From contig NW_002060951.1 in assembly GCF_000150275.1 (NCBI RefSeq), positions 762,328 to 826,327 of the forward strand: a stretch of 64,000 nucleotides of DNA, in the 5' to 3' direction. Shown in pieces: positions 55,401 to 64,000 of this stretch. Each line of letters starts with the position of its first letter. Position 1 is the first letter of the stretch. The notes beneath the pieces were generated by a model, which worked only from the letters and a program-made list of their open reading frames with translations, did not search any database and was not told the origin of the DNA. This DNA is from Trichoplax adhaerens (Eukaryota; Animalia; Placozoa). The translations under genes and the position numbers were made by a program.

Positions 55401-55638
55401 TATCTATTCGGTTACGGCTTGTACGATGTACTGTAACCCTTATGGCTGAACCTGTAAGTGTTAGTATTACTACTAGATACTATCGAATACTGAATTCATT
55501 TCTTTAATAATTTGATGTTCCAATCAGGCCTACTACGAAAGAATTTAAATTACCATACAATACGGAATAGTCTTGGAAAGTCCCATATGCAAACTTTTTA
55601 TCATAATTCTGCCACTGTTTCATCACCACAGCAAATGC

Positions 55639-58600
55639 TTATACTGTTGTTACTTTCCGGCGATCGCGTAGACGGGGTAAATATTCGTTAATAAAGAAAG
55701 CTATAGTCCCCCTTCTTCCACTCTATAATTGTTAAAATGAATTAAAATCACCATTATACGAACAACTTCGTACCTTGCAGCGAAAATAAACACTTTAACA
55801 ATAAATATCTTTGCAATAATTATTACATTGCACGATTATACACAAGCTCGCAAAAATGTTACAGTATTATTTTAACCTTACAAAATCGTATTTCATTCCA
55901 ATATATTATAATTCTACTTCTACTTTACTAAATGATGACTATGCAGCAATAAGTCGCAATATTAAGCTTACCTTTTTCAATAACTTTTTGTCTGCCTCAT
56001 CCATATACCAATTTGTTGTTCCAACATGGTGAGTATTAATTCCAATTGTTCTATGTACATCCACACCCTTTCAATGTAAATTTATAAATCACATAACATA
56101 TAACCATACAAATTACTATTATATAATTTTTTAAGAAGTCAATATTTTACTACGAGGTATCTAAATTCTTTCATAACCAACCTTTACAAATCTCCTTTTA
56201 GAACTCATTGCTAGTGTGTCCTATTTTTTCAATTATAGTATTTGATATTAACTTAGTCTATCAAATCGTAAATTGGTTCTACATAAACATAAAAAGTATA
56301 TCTTACCAATAACGATGACACGTATTCAGAGGGTTTGGTTATGTTGACCCGCTCAAACCCAAGATGACCAGTCCTCAAATTTACACCAACAGAACGAAAA
56401 TATCCAAGAATCTCATTCAGATCAACCTATAGTATTAATGCAGCTAATGTTACCTTCATTGACACTGCAGTACACTAATGCCTATATTGAAGTATTTATA
56501 TTTTAATCGTTCTTACAAATTTCTCAAGGCTTTAGTATAAGGTAACAAATATCAACAAAGCTTTTAAGCATGTATACAGTAAATCTTTAACATCTATTGT
56601 AATAAATGAATGTAAACTATTATGTGCACTATGCAGTAAGCCAGTAATTAAAATTGTTTTATCGCTCTATCAATTATTCCTTTAATCTTTACCCTATTAT
56701 CATTGTTCGGATTAATTTTTTTCATGAAGTCAACTTCACCACCCCGACGCAGTAGTTTCGACTTTGCAGTATTGTCTAAATTCTATTTACAATTTTAAAC
56801 ATTAATAAACATCTAGACTAAAAACCAACATTATGTAGTAATATCATTCTCTAATCCAAAAGTAGGTAACCCTTAAAATTTCTTGTACATCTTCCAGGCG
56901 ATAATACGATGGTCTATTTCCATCAGTTACAGCGTATTTATCTAATTCCTGCATAAAATTAAAATACCATTACTTCTAATGCGGAAATGTTCGAAAACAG
57001 AATTTAGCAAAAATATAAAGCTAACAAAATCAGTAAAACACTGGGTAAGGCTATCACGTAAACAGAAAACGTGCAAGTACAGTGATACTAATTGTCAGTA
57101 AGACCTAATGGCAGCATGGGCATACTTGAAAGTCAGACGTGAGTATAGAGCATTCTTCTCGATCACAGCGACAGTTTACTTAGTATTGCATGCATATAGC
57201 AAAATCTGCTAGTTATCAACATTATTAGTGTATGTAGTAATTAACTATAATTGTAAGTGTAAAGTACTACAGTACTATTGCAAAAATTATAAAGTTGATA
57301 TGAAATAGTTAAAAAATAACGGCTTTTTGGTTGAAAATACTCGTAAAGTCTACGAAATGTTACAATCGCTTCGCATTAAGACTATCATAAAGTAGTAATG
57401 TCATACATTCCATACAGTCTAGCAAGTGTTACAATAATTGCATAATGAATACCGTCATAAAACGTTCAAATTCTCGAAGTAAATCCTGTCGATCTGAATG
57501 AGAAACCTGAATGGATTTCCTAGTTTGTTTTAGCAAATTGTAATTGAGCTCCAATTAATATATTTTCTCGATAAAGGGAAAAAGAGTATGATTCTGCGGC
57601 ATAAATCTGTATTGTGCTTAGAGTGCCAGTTGCCAACAATTTAACAACCGCTAAATTCCTATATACTTGCCTGCCCTTTTTCTGGGATAGTTTCGTTTGA
57701 AATTCCTTACTCAAATGATAATTTACCCAATTCCTAACCGATTGCTTAGGCATAGAGGGGTTATTCTCTTTGCACCGATGAAATAACGAAGCTTCTCTTT
57801 CTATTAATTTTTTTGCAAATATTTCCGCTTCATTCGCTGAATACTACGGTAAGAAGCATGTTATAATAAAACGATTAATACTCTTTATAATGTTGTAACA
57901 TTTATTGGCGATATCATCTCAATATAATACAATTGTGATACAGCCATTCCGAAGATGCAATTTAATAGCAGGCTTAGATTGTACAGTTACACTAGTAATA
58001 AGTCATGAATACGTACGTAATCGATAGAATAAGCAAATTTCACAAGAAATTTATTCGGTATTTATTAACTTACTAATAGTAGCCCTAATGTTTTCCAGTT
58101 GCATTCTGTCCCAAATCTGGCAGCGTCATCATATAATTCATCAATTCTCGTATGGAATGGTCTAAGTTTTTTAACGAAATGATTTTTCTCTTCTAAGGAA
58201 AGCCACCATCCTAAACAAGTAATTGTACAGTAATTATGAAAAAGGCTTTGATACAGCGTACAAAACACACTATAGCTGAAGAACAAATTACTTCTAACGG
58301 GAATAGCTTACCATCTTAATTACGTACAGTAGAATAATAGCCATCTTATTGTTTTATATGAAAGTAGAACATCTTTACTTTATAGGCTTTACAGAAGTTA
58401 CTACTGTATGTTATTGTCTATTTACAGTAGGTTGTTCTATTTTTAAAATCGAAATTTGAAATTTTTCTAACGTGTATTATCGTATATTTTCGAAAAATTA
58501 TTTAGAAAAGCGACAAGTATAGTACATGTTATTTTTTCGTAAGATTAACTACATATCGATTTAAATAATACGTTTGGAACACCGTAATAATAATTACAAA

Positions 58601-61289
58601 TTAAGAAAGTTTACCGTCGAAAACGTGTATTGGATAGTTACACACTAAGCCACCATCAACGTAAATATCTTTCCTAGATGAACCCTTTTCCCATCCACCA
58701 CATATACAGCAACAACACCAACAACGAATGCATTTACACGATTTTTCGGATATATCACTTTCATCATAATCTTCTCTAGGATAACGCATTCTTGCAAAGT
58801 AGACTGTAACAACAAGTACGCGTATATAGTCAATTCAAATCTCCTTAGCATTAAGGATTAGTTCCACTTCTCTTATAAAAATATCGGTATGAGTACGAGC
58901 TACATGTATACTAAAATAATTACTAGTCTAGGGGCAAAACTGTAACAACACTAGACAAAGGTAAACTTTGATACAGAAAAAATTTAACAGGACTCACAAG
59001 GAAGAGACATTGACATTCTGACTGCTTTATAAATTTCCATGTTTGGCGTAGTTTTTGCGTGTAGATAATCTGCAGATAGCCGATTTAAGTTTGTTGAGAC
59101 GATACATAGTTCGGTATCATTACGTTCCAATAGCTAAAGATCAATACGTATACCGGTAAGTATCAAGTGTAGCCGCGTTAAATAAAATATGATTACAACT
59201 ACTACATGAATACGCTCATTTCGTTACTATCAATTTCATTAAATAGTTATAGCCATCAACCTGAGCGAAAGTGATATCTGAGTCGATATTCAGTTCTTTA
59301 AACCTTTGTCTGAACCAGCGCTCAATTCTTCGCCCGGGATTCCAACCAAATTTGGTGATTAAATTGGGCAGCAAGCTACAGCAACCTAATGCATGATCTA
59401 GACTCGATAATATTTGGTTAACAACTGTTAGTATAGATGTTTAGCCTTGTTCAACGTAAGTATTGAATTTTAGTCTAATCTATATGCATCTAATAACAAG
59501 AGTTAGTCAAGTTGTATTTTGAATACAGCATTTTATTATGAAAGATATTAGTTTTAACTTCAGTGGATACCTTCTAAGATACCCTTAATATTTTGATTGA
59601 GTAAATAATCAATATCTTTTAGTTTCAATCCTATTGCAAGGAGAGAAGCAAGCATTGCACCAGCACTAGCTCCAGCTATCCGTTTAATCCTTCTGTTGCC
59701 ATTGGCATCCGTTAGTATTCCTAATTCTTGTAGAACCTAATTGCAAATTGTCAATGCAAACATAATGAATAGCATTGTAGAACTAAGAAAGGGTTCAGTT
59801 CATTAGTTTATTTGCATAGTATGGTAAATTGATCACTTTGATGCGTAGTATATTTTAATGGAGTTGAAGGATATTTACAGTATCGCTATAGGCTGGCTGT
59901 ACTTTATTTACTGTAATTTATAAATGACTTTAACTTAGCCATTTGAATCAATCTACTATCCCTTTGTGCTAATTTTATATTTAAAATTTCTGATATAGAA
60001 TTCGCTATACTGTATATGCACACTGTTTTATATGACTAATTGCAAGACATACTGTAGCTGCTGTAATACCATAACGGGATTCATGTCCATTTTATGGGCT
60101 AGATTTACTATTTCTCTGTATTCCTTATACTATAATTCCAGTCATCATTTCTATTCTTTTCGGGGATTTCAATCATGTAGGAGAACGTCATTTTAATATG
60201 ATCAACTCAGTACAGTTCCTGTCATAGTTATCGAGCGTAACTACTATCATTCGGCTTACTTGTAATGCTCCGATATAGGCGATACCCTTAACACCACCGC
60301 CTTCAAAAACCAAATTTTCGATTTCATCTTCCTCAGTTAATCGTCCTTCCTCTCTTAAAGTTTGCAATTCACTTTTAATATGATTTATTAATCCCAATTC
60401 TTCTGGATCGAAGCCAACGCTCTCTTCACTATAATGAATGAATTGATGTCAATTTAGCACCATGTTGCACGATCTGAACCTTAATATCGATGGGTACTCA
60501 TGTTGTGAAATTTCAATTTGAAAAGATTGTCTGACTGTCATTCGATACGGCTGTACGTATGTTGTACTGTATTCTCGAAAGATGTTTACTGTAATGTATT
60601 TGTTGATAATAAGATTACTTCAACTTTGTACCACTAGAATTGAATTGACTCATTGTAATCCTCTTGATCGGCATGGTAACTGTGACTGATTGACGGAATG
60701 AATCCATGCTTGTCTAGAGTCTTCTCCAACCATTGGTACACTTGTGTGCAGTATGATGGATGTCTTACATAATATGAATTCATGATTAAAACATTATTCT
60801 TATTTCAGTCGTACTGTAGATTTCTACGCTGTCATGGTCACTCTCTGCTGTGATAATACGTATACGCGTCGAGGATAGGGTCGTTTATTCATTTTCATTT
60901 CACTTGATTGCTTTCCTTGGCTGTATTATTCATACATGCTCTTTCTACCTACAATATCTGCTTGATTGATACAGTAGAAAGAATTCCTGATCTGCAGTAA
61001 ATTGACCAATGTCCTCAACTGTATAGGAAATCCTTGCACATCCGCGTCCACTTATTTCACACTTGCGTCTGACGAAAATTCACCTCTTATAGAGCACAAA
61101 AATGTTACTGTTGTACTGTACTGTACTGTTCACTTGCAGTTGCTGTATTGGCAAATTGTCTTCTTGTTATTATTTCAACAAAATGTTGATGGAGAAGGCA
61201 CTAAATATTATTATGTTGCCTTCTATCGACAACGAATCATTGCAATGAGATGGCAAAACTTACCTCCTAGGGGAACGATTACGATTCAT
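55639..61289 (-). CDS. Patatin-like phospholipase (ExoU/VipD-like subgroup), paralog B: poly-Cys loop, one EF-hand-like motif, short tail
   Basis: Tentative first exon 61289-61264 (MNRNRSPR, AG|GTAAGT, phase 2; alternative 60707-60619). Then 60428-60260, 59736-59571, 59397-59261, 59133-58998, 58803-58615, 58210-58074, 57843-57671, 57519-57453, 56948-56871, 56782-56693, 56426-56307, 56220-56182, 56067-55972, 55722-55639. Motifs FEGGGVKGIAY, GASAG, DGGLVCNYP, INPNNDNRVDLNEI. Most intron positions are shared with paralog A. Confidence 0.83.
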
Positions 61290-61799
61290 CTTGATTCCTT
61301 GATCACAAGCGAATTGGCACACTAATCTACTGGATCATATTAGGTTCAAGTAACTTAATCCAATTGCAATGGCAGCCAGTGGACCCAATTAAAAGCGGTA
61401 CTGAAACGTTCCAACTGGCACACAATCGTAAACGCTTGAAGCCAATGGTTGAAACGCTACTCCGCCAAAGTGACGCGTCTTGGAGTCAATAGTAGCTGTA
61501 ATTGAATTACCATTTTAGCTGCAGCATCGGACGAGTACAGTATACTGTATGTAGCAGAGTCAAATTGCAATACGAAACACTGCCATCCAATACAACCCTA
61601 GTCACTGGCATCACTTTCTTTCTCTTTCTAAGAATGATGACGCAAGAGTCATTATCTTGATGACAATAACAATCGCGTTTCGCCACTCATTTGCTTTTAA
61701 TATTTGAGTTATTGAACTATGGTCGCACATAGTCGCACACGTGCTGGGATAAATTCGAGCATGCGCGGAGATGCCACCATTTTGCCTGAAAGGCCCGCT

Positions 61800-61875
61800 T
61801 TACTCACAGTACTGTGTACTGTACAGTGTACATAGTGTACAGTATAGTACTGTACAGTACGTACTGTAGACTATA
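61800..61875. promoter_or_regulatory. TACAG/CTGTA island upstream of patatin paralog B
   Basis: acagtactgtgtactgtacagtgtacatagtgtacagtatagtactgtacagtacgtactgtag lies about 500 nt upstream of the candidate ATG at 61289. Confidence 0.5.
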
Positions 61876-62455
61876 GAGGTTAAAAAACATCTGTGTTTTT
61901 GACCAATAGGAGAATTTTTAATGTTGAACAGCTTTTAGTATAGAGAAAATAGAAGGAATTTCATACACATCACTCTACAGTACTGTATTTCTGTTTTACC
62001 AGATTTGCAGTCATTTCCTCTCTGAGCAACTGCAGTTTTATCTTCCTACACTGTACAATATTCATGAGTGTACAATTCAGCCATATTGATATCGATACTC
62101 AGCGTAAGTACAGTATAATACTGGACGTACAATCGTATTTTGCTTGTCTGGTCCAGTATTTTAGTAACAACCCACATGCCTACGGCCCACTATCTTCTGA
62201 AAAGCATACTACAATATTTTAGCATAGCCCATAGCATGAAATTCTCGCCCTTTTCTATACTATACTCTACCGTATATACAGTACTGTATGATTGAAAGAT
62301 ATCAACATAGCAGGGCCTAGTGTACAATAACTGTACTTTAATGCCTTCCAAAACAGCAACGATATCCTGAACTATGACCAGATCCAGACCCCCAGTAGTT
62401 TTACAGTATATCAGACTTTGAACTTTAACCATTCCTCCCTCTGGTCTCTAGTTTC

Positions 62456-62504
62456 ATTGCTAAAAAGTTTACAGTAGACTCTCTACTGTAAACTTTTTAG
62501 CAAT
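62456..62504. other. Perfect 23-bp inverted repeat with a 3-nt loop (hairpin/cruciform)
   Basis: attgctaaaaagtttacagtaga-ctc-tctactgtaaactttttagcaat. Confidence 0.95.
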
Positions 62505-62599
62505 AAAATTGAAATGAATTATTATTAATTATCAAAGACCTTGGCTAGACCTGTCAGAGATTCGGTTATCAAGATCATTTAGTAGTTTATGACTGTGCA

Positions 62600-63325
62600 T
62601 TAGATCCAACTATGCAGTACAGTACAGTAGTTGGTTTCGCTAATCTGCACTCTCACAGTCAGGCCTCGAAACGGGCATACTGTACTCAGTAGAGTCGTTA
62701 AATGGAGTGAAAAGTAACCCGAACCCAATGGAATTGTTGATTTTCTATCCCCAAATGAGTGCAATCGCTATACAAACACTGTATCACCATAGAATTTCTG
62801 AAGTCGAATTTCGCCCTTCAAGTCTGTATACAGTACTGTATAGTAAAAAAGAAATTTGTAATTTCTATCGCTATACAGTACAGTACAGTACTGAGTCTGA
62901 TGAATTTCGATGGCACTCTGAAAAGATATAATTGTACTAGTTCAATCAGGTTCCAACGAGATCAAATCTATATGTATTTGTAGTCGAATAACTCAGAAAT
63001 GCCGATTTGGTTCTTATTTCTCGAAATAGTTTATAATTTTCCCGTAAAATTGGTTAAAAGTCTACAATATCTACAGTACGAAATGAATTTTTTCTACAGT
63101 CCAGTCAGTACTGTACTTGTACTGTACAGTACAATGGAAGAAGCACTCTAGTATTTGACCCATTTCGGAACGCTACAGTACGGTCAAGTGTAACCTTGGT
63201 GAAGTACATTGTACTGTACTACTATAAAATGAACTGACAAGACCCTCCATAAGGGTCTCTACTGTAGTCTACTCACAACAGGATTCTATGGACCACCGCA
63301 ACAAACTATTGTACTGTATAGTAGA
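62600..63325. repeat. Extended TACAG/CTGTA-rich island containing copy 2 (62701-62782, + strand) of the dispersed ~83-nt repeat
   Basis: cagtacagtacagtag, tacagtactgta, tacagtacagtacagtactg and gtactgtacttgtactgtacagtac; copy 2 reads aatggagtgaaaagtaacccgaacccaatggaattgttgattttctatccccaaatgagtgcaatcgctatacaaacactgt. Confidence 0.8.
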
Positions 63326-64000
63326 GCACGTCCAACACTCCTCCAGTTCCCTAGTCCCTAGCAACGCCATTGTACCGTATCGTGGTCAAGGAAGAAGCAC
63401 CATCAGTCACAAGTAACAAACCTTCTCATACCATAAATAGATTAATGAATTCTATTATCCGATATATGAGTCATGAACATGTTGAAAAAGACTTTTCAGT
63501 CATCAGTCATACTCATCCTTGATCACCCTTGGCTGGGGTGCCATCCACGTCATAACCGCGTAACGCTCGACCGTATTTGCCGTATTGTACACCGACATAC
63601 AGACAAACAGACAGAACATAACAGTCAAACCAATCATCGTTAACATTAGTCCAACGGTGGTGTGATCGGTGTCGGGCTGCCTATCTGCCTGCCTGCGTTA
63701 TTGCTTGTGGCTTTTTTTCCGTCCATTCCTAACTGGAATATTATTGCAAGCGTTGGACTAAAAAGAAATCGAGTAATCCATAAATGATTTGATTATGTTG
63801 TTAGAAAGCGAAATTACGGGATATGATGTTCTAGCGGTGGTGTGTATGGGACTATGGAGCTATTTTATTTCTTTTCATCTTGTAGCGCTAGGATACGGGT
63901 AAGGGCGTTACTTACTTATACTATATCAATCATGTCTACTTTGCGTGCTCTTCCAGTCGATAGTATCGTTGTTGAAAGACGTTTTTATAGCGGTAGCATA

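Noticed and set aside
40251-61289. Patatins as bacterial endosymbiont contamination or recent horizontal transfer (CBASS CapV-like)
   Set aside because: Each has about 15 spliceosomal introns at shared positions and host-like composition, and no cyclase or other bacterial genes are nearby. Ancient transfer cannot be excluded.

Overview
Eukaryotic, AT-rich, gene-dense animal DNA with short GT-AG introns. The compactness and gene set suggest a basal metazoan such as the placozoan Trichoplax (inference, not verified). I spliced nine genes by hand: MAP3K1/MEKK1 (5' part outside the window, +), a TESK kinase (-), FAM50/XAP5 (+), METTL16 (-), EPS15 (+), a divergent cystathionine gamma-lyase-family enzyme (-), mitochondrial FDX2 (+), and two tandem ExoU/VipD-like patatin phospholipase paralogs (-). 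The patatins carry a poly-Cys loop, EF-hand-like motifs and PDZ-type C-termini. Main observations: (1) palindromic TACAG/CTGTA islands sit at gene 5' ends and bidirectional promoters and carry embedded repeated modules; (2) the patatin/poly-Cys/EF-hand pair, one copy with an internal exon-module duplication; (3) a CTH-like enzyme lacking all three distal-substrate residues; (4) an inverted, frameshifted copy of FDX2 exon 1; (5) a MEKK1 lacking the TOG region; (6) two candidate GC-AG introns. All exon coordinates were read by eye and need RNA-seq confirmation. No prokaryotic, CRISPR, rRNA or tRNA features were found.
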